Assembly: GCA_032159775.1 (NCBI GenBank)
Contig: JAVHWK010000018.1
Source of the DNA: Mycobacterium sp.
GTDB lineage: Bacteria > Actinomycetota > Actinomycetes > Mycobacteriales > Mycobacteriaceae
DNA: 64,000 nt
Direction: 5' to 3' (one strand)
The translations under genes and the position numbers were made by a program. Under the pieces are notes generated by a model. It was not told the origin of the DNA. It saw only the letters and a list, made by a program, of their open reading frames with translations, and searched no databases. Shown piece after piece: positions 36,023 through 45,192 of this stretch. Numbering within the stretch: position 1 is the first letter of the stretch; the number at the start of each line of letters is the position of its first letter.

Positions 36023-36838
36023 ATGCGAATGACGAGGACCGGTATAGGCGACCCCCGCTTGATCTTCGTACACGGCTTCGCCTGCGATGGCACAGATTGG
36101 CAGGCTCAGCGCGAGTCGCTCGCGAGGAGGACCACCGTCATCGTGTGCGAGTTGCCGGGGCATGGGTCCAGCCCGGGCACATCAGCCGAATGCACCATCG
36201 CGGCATACGGCGCTGCGGTAGCGAAAACTATGGCGGAGCTGCCGTCACGGCCGGCAATCCTCGTGGGCCACAGCATGGGCTGCCGCGTCGTCTTGGAGGC
36301 CAACAGGGTGCAGCCCAACGCCGTGTTGGGGTTGGTACTCGTGGACGGCAGCCGAATGAGCAGCGGTGATCCCATCGCGGCCGTGCAAGCCATGGCCGAT
36401 GAACTCGCAGGGGCCGGCTACCGGCGTTTCGTGCGACAGTTCTTCGAATCGATGTTCTTTCCTTCGAGCGACCCCGCTCTCGCCAGGGCGATCACCGAGC
36501 GCGGGCTGCGTTTCCCCACCGGATTGGGCAGGACCCTGATGGCGGACTTGGCCCGTTGGGATGCCGGCGAAATGGAGAGCGCTCTTGGTTCTGTCGATGT
36601 CCCGCTGCTCGCTATCCAGAGCACGACGCTCGACTCCGCACGCCAGCGGGTATCACTCGAACCGGGCCTGAGCTCACCGTGGCTAGAACTCGTCAGCGCG
36701 CACGTGCCGCAGGCCAGCATCGAGATGCTGCACGGCTACAGCCACTTCCCGCAGATAGAACTAGCCGATGAGGTTACGGCCCTGATCGCCGACTGCGCTT
36801 GGCCGGGCAGCCACCAATACGTTTGTCGACGCTCTTGA
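36023..36838 (+). CDS. Alpha/beta-fold hydrolase
   Basis: MRMTRTGIGDPRLIFVHGFACDGTDW...GHSMGC...HGYSHFP. AAGGA SD. The track start 35750 is rejected. Confidence 0.8.
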   Translation: MRMTRTGIGDPRLIFVHGFACDGTDWQAQRESLARRTTVIVCELPGHGSSPGTSAECTIAAYGAAVAKTMAELPSRPAILVGHSMGCRVVLEANRVQPNAVLGLVLVDGSRMSSGDPIAAVQAMADELAGAGYRRFVRQFFESMFFPSSDPALARAITERGLRFPTGLGRTLMADLARWDAGEMESALGSVDVPLLAIQSTTLDSARQRVSLEPGLSSPWLELVSAHVPQASIEMLHGYSHFPQIELADEVTALIADCAWPGSHQYVCRRS

Positions 36839-37079
36839 CCTCGCTCATGGCGTCGGCACGGCGTGGGCTAGCCAAGGAATCTTTCGCACCCGGATTGTGT
36901 CACTTTTCTGGCCCATAGGCGGCTCGGCCCAAGACAGGCGAGTTCGCTTCAGCCCTGGGTCTATGTGAAGAATTCGTCCCCGTAAGAGCGGAGGACCGGA
37001 CCCGACGCCAACACCAGCTCGGCGGCCAGGCCCATATGCCGACGGTGGTAACGGTCTATCTTCAACCTCGAGACACCAA

Positions 37080-37120
37080 TGCCGCCAGTCGGACTCGAAC
37101 GGACACTGGGCGGTTTTGAG
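37080..37120 (-). other. tRNA-derived fragment (anticodon-loop-like CTCAAAA, T-loop, acceptor 3' strand); does not fold into a full cloverleaf
   Basis: The minus strand reads CTCAAAACCGCCCAGTGTCCGTTCGAGTCCGACTGGCGGCA. The GTTCGAGTCC T-loop core plus a 7-nt acceptor-like end and A73 are present. The upstream 5' half is too short and mismatched. Confidence 0.3.
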
Positions 37121-37236
37121 CTTGGACCGTCCCGGACACGCGGCGATGAGTAACGTCACGCTCATGTACGAGAAACCGCGTTTGCGGGGGTACCAATCAT
37201 CCAGCGGATGGATTCAGGAGAATCCTGGCCTTCGTC

Positions 37237-38031
37237 ATGCAACTGAAGGATAAGGTCGCGCTCGTCGTCGGTGCGAGCCAGGGATCCGGTCGTGCCTACG
37301 TGGTTGCGCTCGCCCGCGAAGGCGCCCAGGTGATCGCGGCCGCCCGCACGCTGACCAAGGCCTCCGAACCTGATTCGACATCCACACTCGAAGGAATTGC
37401 GCGCGAGGCGGCGCGTGAAGGGCTCGCCGTCGACACGATCGCCTGTGATGTGAAACGCGACGCTGACGTACGCAACATGGTCGAACGGACGGTCGCCAGT
37501 CACGGCCGAATCGACGTCGTGGTCTTCGCTGTCGGCATCTATCCGCGTCACGACGCACTCGCGATCACCGCCGAGGAATGGGACCGGGTGATGGACGTGA
37601 ACGTCCGCGGTGCCTACTATCTTGTCCGCTCGGTGGTACCGCACATGATTGCACAGGGCTCGGGCAGCATCGTTCTACTCACCTCTGCGTGCGCCGAAAC
37701 TACTGGCGGAACTTCCGGACACCAGGATCTGTTGATGTATGGCATGTCCAAGGCGGCGGTGAACCGCCTTACGACATGGTTCGCCGACGAGTTCCGCCCG
37801 CATGGAATCGCTGTCAATGCCTTCAGCCCAGGTACCACGTTGACCCAGACCATGCGTCGGCTCTATCCCGAGAGATACGAAGAGCACCTCAAAACCGGGT
37901 TCGGAAACATTCCGACACCTGAGGTCCTCGGTCCGCCGATCATCTACCTTGCCCAACAGAGCGCGAAGACACTCACCGGCCAGATCCTCCACATGAACAC
38001 CTTCGGAAGCGGATGGGGGCCAAGCGAATAA
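37237..38031 (+). CDS. Short-chain dehydrogenase/reductase (SDR)
   Basis: KVALVVGASQGSGRA (TGxxxGxG-like), a YGMSKAA catalytic YxxxK, and 264 aa. Confidence 0.85.
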   Translation: MQLKDKVALVVGASQGSGRAYVVALAREGAQVIAAARTLTKASEPDSTSTLEGIAREAAREGLAVDTIACDVKRDADVRNMVERTVASHGRIDVVVFAVGIYPRHDALAITAEEWDRVMDVNVRGAYYLVRSVVPHMIAQGSGSIVLLTSACAETTGGTSGHQDLLMYGMSKAAVNRLTTWFADEFRPHGIAVNAFSPGTTLTQTMRRLYPERYEEHLKTGFGNIPTPEVLGPPIIYLAQQSAKTLTGQILHMNTFGSGWGPSE

Positions 38032-38335
38032 GGCATGCAGCTTCTTGCGCAGACCCGACCGTCATCCCCGGAGACCTGACCTCAGGGCCCCCCAACCGCC
38101 AGGGTAGCGCCTGAGTCGATGTATTTCGCCCGCCCTGCAATGACTTTCGCTAACACAGATCTAGAAGCCTCTTGAGGAGAACCACTTTCGGACCACATTC
38201 GCGGCCCGGCTGGGGAATATTCCACGCAGACCGAGTTGTTGGATCGTCGGCGACGGTCCCGCGCGGTACGATCGCTCCGAAGCTAACTCGTATAGTTTTC
38301 AGATCGTGCAATCGATATTTCCGTGTTGGAGGCAG

Positions 38336-38370
38336 TGCCCCCACCGGGACTCGAACCCAGACTGTGCGCG
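38336..38370 (-). other. tRNA 3'-end fragment (variable loop, T arm, acceptor 3' strand, A73); att-site-like relic
   Basis: The minus strand reads CGCGC-ACAGT-CTGGG-TTCGAGT-CCCGG-TGGGGGC-A. The T arm pairs (one G-U) and there is a 7-nt acceptor strand. No 5' half exists, because the cyclase HAMP coding sequence begins at 38375. Confidence 0.55.
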
Positions 38371-38374
38371 GATA

Positions 38375-39244
38375 GGCAACCATCCGGTTGAAACCGCGCT
38401 GTAGGCGGCCGATCTCAGAGCGCTCGTACACCCCGACGTAGGTCCCCAGTCGCTCTTGTTCGACGTCTGCCATGGCATCGACGACCTCGCAGACCGGATC
38501 TGATATCGATCGGGATATAAGAATCATGATAGGTAATCCCAAGACCACCGCCGCAAGCGAAACCACCAGCACCGGAATACCAACTGGAGCGGTTTTTTCA
38601 ATGATCCAGCCGCGGGGCTGAATGATGACGATTACCGCGATCACCCCGAGGGGCAACCCACCGGACAACAACCACATGACGACGAGGCGCGCGAGCACCC
38701 CGGGGGCCGTCACGCCCTCCCCAGATCCTGCGGTGGCGGCGATTATCACGGGACGAAGGGTTCTTTGGGTGAGCAGAAGGCCCGTTCCGGCCGCCGCGCT
38801 TGCGCCGACTGCGATGCCCAGCAGGCACGGCACTGCGAAACCCATGCCGCCATTGCGATTTAGCAGGATGAAAATGGTGCCGGCGGCCGCCCACGTCGCC
38901 GCCAACATCGCCGATTGGCGAGTGATTAGGCTCAATGCCGCACGTCGTTGGCCAGGACTCGGTTCGCTGCCCGCGACGTACCAGCGCAGCGTCGGCGCTA
39001 GATTGACCAGGGCGCCGACCGCCGTGACGATCGTTCCGAGCACCGCCAGCGCCACGGCCAGGATCACGTTGTGAAGCGTCAGATAGTCCTGCGCCCCGCT
39101 GGTGGTGTGGCCGCTGAGCGGTATCAAAATGGCCGCCGACTGAGTGAGGGCGATGATGTGGGCGAGTACCAGGCCGGCTGCATAGTGGGTTGACAACCTC
39201 TGGCTGTTGGCACGGCCGTGCGGCTGACCCGTCACCACGGCCAC
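38375..39244 (-). pseudogene. 6TM + HAMP N-terminal portion of a class III adenylate cyclase-type membrane protein; catalytic domain missing
   Basis: Six TM helices then a HAMP domain (ISRSISDPVCEVVDAMADVEQERLGTYVGVYERSEIGRLQRGFNRMVA). After ...NRMVA the frame reads through the tRNA fragment and unrelated sequence to a stop at 38150 (track ORF 38150..39244). Confidence 0.6.
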
Positions 39245-39510
39245 CGTGCCGTCGTGTCTGGGCGCCAGCTGTTCATCCTGCGGGTACGAGGCCTCGAGTG
39301 TCTCGAGCTACCTTGGGATGACCCGCTTCGAGGGTGTCGGTTACCTCTACCCATGCCAAACTCCCACCGCGACAGCGTCGGTCGCCCGCGCCTCGATATT
39401 CCGATGCCAATGCGACGTTAACGGGCGGCGGCCGCGCAGCCCGCGAAGACCACGCCTGTAACGCACTGCAGCGTTAGCTAGATACCTAGCACCGCGGGTA
39501 TGGACCAGAC

Positions 39511-40806
39511 TCAACTGCAGTGCAACTTGACTGGCAAATGCGTCGGCCCACGCAGCGAGCTGTTGGTCGACCAAGTGGTCGGGCCGACGGCAGTGATACG
39601 AGTGACGCGCTCGACGAGTTCACGCAACACCGCTTGCGCCTCCATGCGTGCCAGAGGAGCTCCGACGCACATGTGTGCGCCATAGCCGAAGCCGATATGC
39701 ATGCGCGGGTTGCGGTCTGCGCGATATTCGTCAGGATCGTCGAAGACGAGCGGATCGCGGTTGGCTGCACCGAAAGACAGGAGCACGCGTGCGCCGGCGG
39801 GAATGGTTACCTCGCCGACCTTGTAGTCCTCGCGCGTATAGCGGTAGAGGTTCTGGATAGGGCTGGAGATCCGGAGCTGTTCCTCGACGGCGATGGGAAT
39901 GAGATCGGGATTGGCGCGGATGAGATCGTATTGGTCGGGGTTTTGGGCCAACGTGTCGAACATGCCACCGAGTAGATTGGTAGTCGTCTCGTTACCGGCG
40001 ATGAGCAGCAATAGGGCAACGTAGAACAATTGATCGTCGGTCAGGGTGCCTTCGGTGTTGTGTTCCAGCAGCCGCCCAAGCATGGTGTCCGAATCTTTGA
40101 GCTCACCGGAGGCGAGGTGTCGCAGGAAATAGCTTCGTAGGGCGAGGACTGCGCGCATCGAGTTCGCGGTCTCGACAACACCTTTGGGTGTCGGTGAGAA
40201 ATTGATGATTCGAACACTGTTTTCTGACCAACGTCTAAAGTCGGCGATGTCGGTGTCTGGTACCCCCAGGATCGCTGCAATGAGACGCATCGGCATTGGT
40301 ATCGCAAGCCGTTCAACCACGTCGCAACCGGGCTCATCGATCACCTTAGACACCAGTTCGGCTGCAAGTTTGTCCGTTATTTCCTGCCAGTTTTCCAGCG
40401 CGCCGCGGGTGAAGCCGGGCTGGACCTGCTTACGTAGTCGGGCGTGCTGGTCGCCGTCGGTGAGCACTAAAAGGTCGGCCGCCATCCTCACTCGCGTTAC
40501 GCCCCGGGCGCTGGTGACCTGATCCGTGTCGCGTAACGCCGCGCGGACGTCATTGAGTCGGCTGAGGATCCAAGTGGCACGTTTGGGGTTGTAGTGCACG
40601 CGCCCGCTGCGGTGCAGCGCTCGGTAGGCTTCGTGCGGTTGAGCCGCGGTGGCGGCGTCCAGGGGGTCGTAGTCGGTGTTGACCGCGCCAGTCCAGCCTC
40701 GATAGCCCTGCCGGTGCGTGCGGATCGCCCCGGTGAGATTCATTTGGACGGCGCTGCCAAGCGGTTTAAGTAATGTAACGATGCCGCGCGGGCTGTTCAC
40801 CGCCAT
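39511..40806 (-). CDS. Cytochrome P450
   Basis: FGYGAHMCVGAPLARME heme-Cys loop, EEQLRISSP (ExxR) and AGNETTTNL I-helix motif; 431 aa. Confidence 0.9.
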   Translation of the reverse strand: MAVNSPRGIVTLLKPLGSAVQMNLTGAIRTHRQGYRGWTGAVNTDYDPLDAATAAQPHEAYRALHRSGRVHYNPKRATWILSRLNDVRAALRDTDQVTSARGVTRVRMAADLLVLTDGDQHARLRKQVQPGFTRGALENWQEITDKLAAELVSKVIDEPGCDVVERLAIPMPMRLIAAILGVPDTDIADFRRWSENSVRIINFSPTPKGVVETANSMRAVLALRSYFLRHLASGELKDSDTMLGRLLEHNTEGTLTDDQLFYVALLLLIAGNETTTNLLGGMFDTLAQNPDQYDLIRANPDLIPIAVEEQLRISSPIQNLYRYTREDYKVGEVTIPAGARVLLSFGAANRDPLVFDDPDEYRADRNPRMHIGFGYGAHMCVGAPLARMEAQAVLRELVERVTRITAVGPTTWSTNSSLRGPTHLPVKLHCS

Positions 40807-41403
40807 GACCGTCGCACCTTTCGTCCGTTAGTAAAGAACGCAAAGGTCTCGGGTCGGCGAGGCGGTACCGTGCGGGTCGGAGTGAAAAGTGTTGTGCGCC
40901 AAAGCAAGGGTCTCCTCAAGCTCGCGGATGCACGGGCATGCAGGTCGGGTGGGCGCATGCCAACCGGAAGTGATGGCGCTCCACCGTCATGCCCAGGTTC
41001 GGCGCTGGTGCCCGTATCGTCAACGGTGCGACACGAAGTTGAAAGGCCCGTTCGGATTTTACTCAGGAAGCGTTTCGCATCAACACCATCTGACCAGCGC
41101 GTTCTCTTATCGAATCCTGTCCAGAATTCTCACAACGATAAAGCCGTTTTGGCCTTGTCGCTCGAAGAAGGCTGTATGTGCGCAAGCTTATTCTGCAGAA
41201 CAGGGACCTCGGGACGTGCACTTGCCGGTGGGGGTGCCGGGTTCGATGTGCCCGCCCTGAGCTCGTCTGATGTCGCCATGCGTCGTGGGCTCCTGTAAGC
41301 ATCACGGCCGTCAAGTGCGCGGGTCGAGGTTGCGAGACCCAATGGGGGATAGTTTGATGATTTCTCACGACAGGCGTGTGAGCCGGTGAAGCACTCAAGA
41401 TAA

Positions 41404-41418
41404 TTCTCAACGCGAGAA
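41404..41418. promoter_or_regulatory. Candidate TetR operator TTCTC-N5-GAGAA about 40 bp upstream of the tetR start
   Basis: Inverted 5-mers read directly from the sequence. It belongs to a set of (A/T)TTCTCA motifs at 41124-41135, 41358-41369, 41401-41412 and 42106-42117. Confidence 0.35.
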
Positions 41419-41456
41419 CGCGAATTTATCTGTCGGCTGGACGGGGACAAGGTGTC

Positions 41457-41999
41457 ATGACACGTGAGGATTGGTTGGTCGGCCGCGACCGAGGCAGCGA
41501 AGCCGCCGACCGGATCTACGACGCGGCCGCAGAGCTGGTCTCGCGGAAAGGATTCGAGGCGTTCACGATTGAGGCACTGGCCGCCATAGTGCATTGTTCG
41601 CCGGCAACGATCTATCGTCACGCGGGCGGCAAGGCCGCGATCCGTGAAGCCGTGACCATGCGCACCTCCTCACGAATCGTCGGGTTAGTGCGTGAGGCGA
41701 TCAAGGGTTTACAAGGCACTGAGCGTGTAGTCACGGCGATAATGGTTGCGCTAGAGCACATCCGCGCCGAGCCGCTCGGTGACCTGATGATGGGTTCGAT
41801 CCGGCCGACCCACGAGGGCGAATGGTTGACAGCCTCGCCGGGTGTGGCCCGGCTGGCTCAGGAAGTGCTCGGTTCCGACGACCCGTTGGCGGCGCAGTGG
41901 TTGCTGCGGGTAACCCTGGCGCTGTGGTACTGGCCAGCCGAGGACCGTGAAATCGAGCACGCGCTTGTGAGACGCTTCGTTGGCCCATCGTTTAGCTAG
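41457..41999 (+). CDS. TetR-family transcriptional regulator
   Basis: RIYDAAAELVSRKGFEAFTIEALAAIVHCSPATIYRHAGGKAAI is the canonical TetR N-terminal HTH. Confidence 0.85.
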   Translation: MTREDWLVGRDRGSEAADRIYDAAAELVSRKGFEAFTIEALAAIVHCSPATIYRHAGGKAAIREAVTMRTSSRIVGLVREAIKGLQGTERVVTAIMVALEHIRAEPLGDLMMGSIRPTHEGEWLTASPGVARLAQEVLGSDDPLAAQWLLRVTLALWYWPAEDREIEHALVRRFVGPSFS

Positions 42000-42091
42000 C
42001 GCGAGCAGCCGCAATCGGGGGTTCTCCGCGTTCGCGCACTCGGTGGCTCCAGCTGCGTCTGCCAGTCCTAAACTTGTCTTTCGCAGCATGA

Positions 42092-42113
42092 GAGAAAACT
42101 CTAGAGATTTCTC
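42092..42113. promoter_or_regulatory. 22-bp near-perfect palindrome GAGAAAACTCTAGAGATTTCTC upstream of the ferredoxin-FNR gene
   Basis: One mismatched pair only. The centre CTCTAGAG is itself palindromic, and the arms carry the same TTTCTC motif seen near tetR. Confidence 0.4.
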
Positions 42114-42330
42114 ACCCATCTGTGCAGGTGCAGCCGGTACGAGCTGTCGGGCAGGTGGCTGACCGGTGTCGAACCCCCTTTCAACCTCGTGGCGCCTCGT
42201 TGACGGTGTCATCAGGTGTCACCAAGCTGATCTGGATGATGACAGTGCAGCGTTCACGCGAGGCTGGCGTCGGCGGTCGGTGGCGGCCGTCGATCGTCGC
42301 AGTGGGTAGCTATGCCGTGACGACTCGACC

Positions 42331-44070
42331 GTGGCGACGCGGTGGGCAGACAGCCCTGCAGGCATTGGTTTGCCCGAGATCAGGGGCCCCGCTTTGGCTT
42401 TCGTGATAACCCAGAGATGCTGCAACGATGCCAGCTGCGTGTCGGTGTGCCCAGTCGATTGCATCCGCCCCTCGCCGGATGACCCCGAATTCAACACGAC
42501 CGAGATGCTGCACATCGATCCGGAAGCCTGCGTCGACTGCGGCGCATGCGTACCTGTCTGCCCGACCAGCGCGATCCGCTACGAGGTCGATCTGACTGAA
42601 CCGTTCAAGCGATACAAAGACATCAACGCCGCCTACTTCGAGCGGCACCCGCTGCACGCAGATCCTCGACGATTAGATGAGAGGCCCTCACGTCCACCCA
42701 ACGAACTGGGGACCCTGCGGGTCGCGATCGTCGGCGCCGGACCGGCCGCATGCTATGCGGCCGACGAGCTGTTGGCCCGGGCCAACGTCGAGATCGAGTT
42801 GCTGGACAGGCTGCCTACGCCGTACGGGCTCATTCGCGGCGGCGTGGCACCGGATCACTCCCAGACTAAGGATGTGGGTCTGACCTTCGGGGCGAGATTC
42901 GTGACAGACGCGGTGGGTTTGCACCTCAACGTCGAAGTCGGTAAGCACCTCACGCATGAAGAGCTGATGCGCCACCACCACGCCGTCATCTACGCCGTCG
43001 GCGCATTCGAGGAGCGCCGGCTCGACATACCCGGTGAGGATCTGCCCGGAAGCCATCCCGCCTCCGAGTTCGTCGCGTGGTACAACGGGCATCCCGATTA
43101 CGCCGATATGACATTCGATCTGTCCGGACAGCGCGCGGTGGTAATCGGAAACGGCAACGTCGCCTTGGATGTGGCGCGAATCTTGCTCCTCGACCCCGAC
43201 GAATTGCAGACCACCGATATCGCAGACTATGCGCTGGACGCTCTGCGACGCAGCAACATTCGGGAGGTCTTGCTTCTGGGACGACGCGGGCCACTGCAGG
43301 CGGCCTACTCATCATCGGAGTTTCTCGCCTTCAACCACCTGCCGGGGGTGGACGTCGTGCTCGATGAGCGCGAGCTGAACCTCGACCCGACCAGCCGAGC
43401 CCAGATCGAAGATCCCGCGCTGGAACCGGCGCTCGCCCTAAAAGTGAGGCTTGCCGAGGAGTTCGCGCGCCGTCCGCTGGACCCGCACACCAAGCGCGTC
43501 GTATTCCGCTACTGCGTTTCCCCGGTCGAAATTCAAGGGACCGACCGCGTTGAGGGAGTGCGGATCACCGCCAACGAGCTCGTCGACATTGACGGCGCAA
43601 TCAAGGCTGTCGCGACCGACCAGACCGAGGAGATCGAGGCATCATTGGTGCTGCGCTCAGTGGGCTTCCGGGGCAGGCCACTGCCCGGCCTGCCATTCGA
43701 TGAGCATCGCGGAATCATCCCCAACGACCGCGGCCGGGTGATCGCCGAAGACGGGCAGCCGATCACAGGCGTTTACGTCGCCGGATGGATCAAGCGTGGC
43801 GCTAATGGCACGATCGGTACCAACAAGCACTGCGCCGGCGAGACGGTCACAAACATCATGGAGGACTTCATCTCCGGCAGGCTCCGCCGACCCGACGGCG
43901 ATCGGCGCTCGCTGCAGCAACTGCTCGCAGTGCGTCAGCCGAAACTGATTTCGGGCGACGGCTGGCACGCCATCGACCAAGCCGAACGCCGCCGTGGTCA
44001 ATCCTCCGGACGTCCGCGGGTCAAGTTCACCGACCCAGCCGAGATGGTTGAGATCGCCAGGAGCCCTTAA
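42331..44070 (+). CDS. Ferredoxin (3Fe-4S/4Fe-4S) fused to an FprA-type ferredoxin--NADP+ reductase (FprB-like architecture)
   Basis: N-terminus VITQRCCNDASCVSVCPVDCIRP...CVDCGACVPVCPTSAI, then RVAIVGAGPAACYAADELL and the rest of an adrenodoxin-reductase-like FNR. The likely real start is GTG 42403. Confidence 0.85.
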   Translation: MATRWADSPAGIGLPEIRGPALAFVITQRCCNDASCVSVCPVDCIRPSPDDPEFNTTEMLHIDPEACVDCGACVPVCPTSAIRYEVDLTEPFKRYKDINAAYFERHPLHADPRRLDERPSRPPNELGTLRVAIVGAGPAACYAADELLARANVEIELLDRLPTPYGLIRGGVAPDHSQTKDVGLTFGARFVTDAVGLHLNVEVGKHLTHEELMRHHHAVIYAVGAFEERRLDIPGEDLPGSHPASEFVAWYNGHPDYADMTFDLSGQRAVVIGNGNVALDVARILLLDPDELQTTDIADYALDALRRSNIREVLLLGRRGPLQAAYSSSEFLAFNHLPGVDVVLDERELNLDPTSRAQIEDPALEPALALKVRLAEEFARRPLDPHTKRVVFRYCVSPVEIQGTDRVEGVRITANELVDIDGAIKAVATDQTEEIEASLVLRSVGFRGRPLPGLPFDEHRGIIPNDRGRVIAEDGQPITGVYVAGWIKRGANGTIGTNKHCAGETVTNIMEDFISGRLRRPDGDRRSLQQLLAVRQPKLISGDGWHAIDQAERRRGQSSGRPRVKFTDPAEMVEIARSP

Positions 44071-44295
44071 AGCTTGTGGTGCCGCGACATTAGTGACCGC
44101 GCTTAGCGGTCCAAGTACTTGAGCGGCAACATCGAACACCGCGCGACATCACACTCGCCAGGCCCGTACGGAGAGCCATCCTGGCACTCGCTACCTATGC
44201 GCCCAGATCCTCAGTGTGATTGCCGCGTCAGTCGACCATGACGACATGCAGCTTGGAGTTGAGCTGAGGTTTCCCTGACGAAACAGCGCTAAGCT

Positions 44296-45192
44296 TCAGC
44301 TAGAGAATGCTTTTCGTAGAGCCTCGCACTGGCGGTCGAAAAATGCACGTGATACTCCGGCAGTTGGTGCGACAATGTCGAATCCATGGAAAGCGCCGGT
44401 GACGGTGTCAAGGTCGCATGCGACACCCGCGTCCTTGAGGCGGCGCGCATACTCGACGTTCTCGTCATGCAGCGGATCGAGGGTGCCGACGCCGATCCAC
44501 GCGGGCGGTAGGCCAGAGAGATCGTCTTGCCGCGAGGGCACAGCGACTTGCGGATCGGCGCCGCATAGATAAGCGGTCCATCCCAACCGATTGCTGTTGG
44601 GGCTCCAGAGCCGATAACGCCGATCTCTGATGCCGGGGCGATCGCTGGAGCGATCATCCACCATCGGATACACCAGGAGCTGAAATAGCGGGACCAATTC
44701 GCCGCGGTCGCGAGCCAACAGAGCAAGCGCCGCCGCCAAGCCGCCGCCGGCGCTTGCGCCGCCGATGGCGACCCGCGCGGGATCGATGCCGGGCAAGCGA
44801 GTCAGCCACGCAAACGCTTCATAGCAGTCCTCCAGGGCCGCCGGATAAGGGTGTTTAGGCGCGAGGCGGTAATCGACGGCGATGACCGGGACGCCTAGCC
44901 GGTGGGCGAAGCGGCGGCACAGCCGGTCGTCCTGCGCTGCCGATCCGATGACGTATCCGCCACCGTGGATCCACAGCAGCGCGGCGCCCGCGTTGTCAGT
45001 GTGCTGAGGCCGGTGCAGCCGCACGTTGATTCCGCTGGGCAGAGCAGCCACTTCGACATTCTTCGAGAAACGCAGTGTCTGTAATCGCGTGAGCGCGCGA
45101 ATAACTGGCAGAGTGCGGCGAGTGTAGGGTCCGCCTGGCAGCACGCGCGCAATCCCACGCAAGTCGGGATGAAACTCCTGGCCCATCGGCAT
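44296..45192 (-). CDS. Esterase/lipase, hormone-sensitive-lipase (alpha/beta hydrolase fold-3) family
   Basis: LWIHGGGYVIGS (HGGG oxyanion motif) and GGASAGGGLA (GxSxG). Its ATG directly follows the stop of the upstream SDR gene. Confidence 0.8.
   Translation of the reverse strand: MPMGQEFHPDLRGIARVLPGGPYTRRTLPVIRALTRLQTLRFSKNVEVAALPSGINVRLHRPQHTDNAGAALLWIHGGGYVIGSAAQDDRLCRRFAHRLGVPVIAVDYRLAPKHPYPAALEDCYEAFAWLTRLPGIDPARVAIGGASAGGGLAAALALLARDRGELVPLFQLLVYPMVDDRSSDRPGIRDRRYRLWSPNSNRLGWTAYLCGADPQVAVPSRQDDLSGLPPAWIGVGTLDPLHDENVEYARRLKDAGVACDLDTVTGAFHGFDIVAPTAGVSRAFFDRQCEALRKAFSS

Noticed and set aside
36845-37165. 106-aa minus-strand ORF in the gap between the hydrolase and SDR genes
   Set aside because: It has no family resemblance and poor codon bias. 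Part of it is simply the translation of the tRNA-like fragment at 37080-37120.
39462-39520. 9-bp inverted repeat GCACTGCAG ... CTGCAGTGC flanking the P450 stop codon
   Set aside because: The arms are about 40 nt apart and one arm lies within coding sequence. A chance PstI-site-containing repeat is as likely as a functional hairpin.
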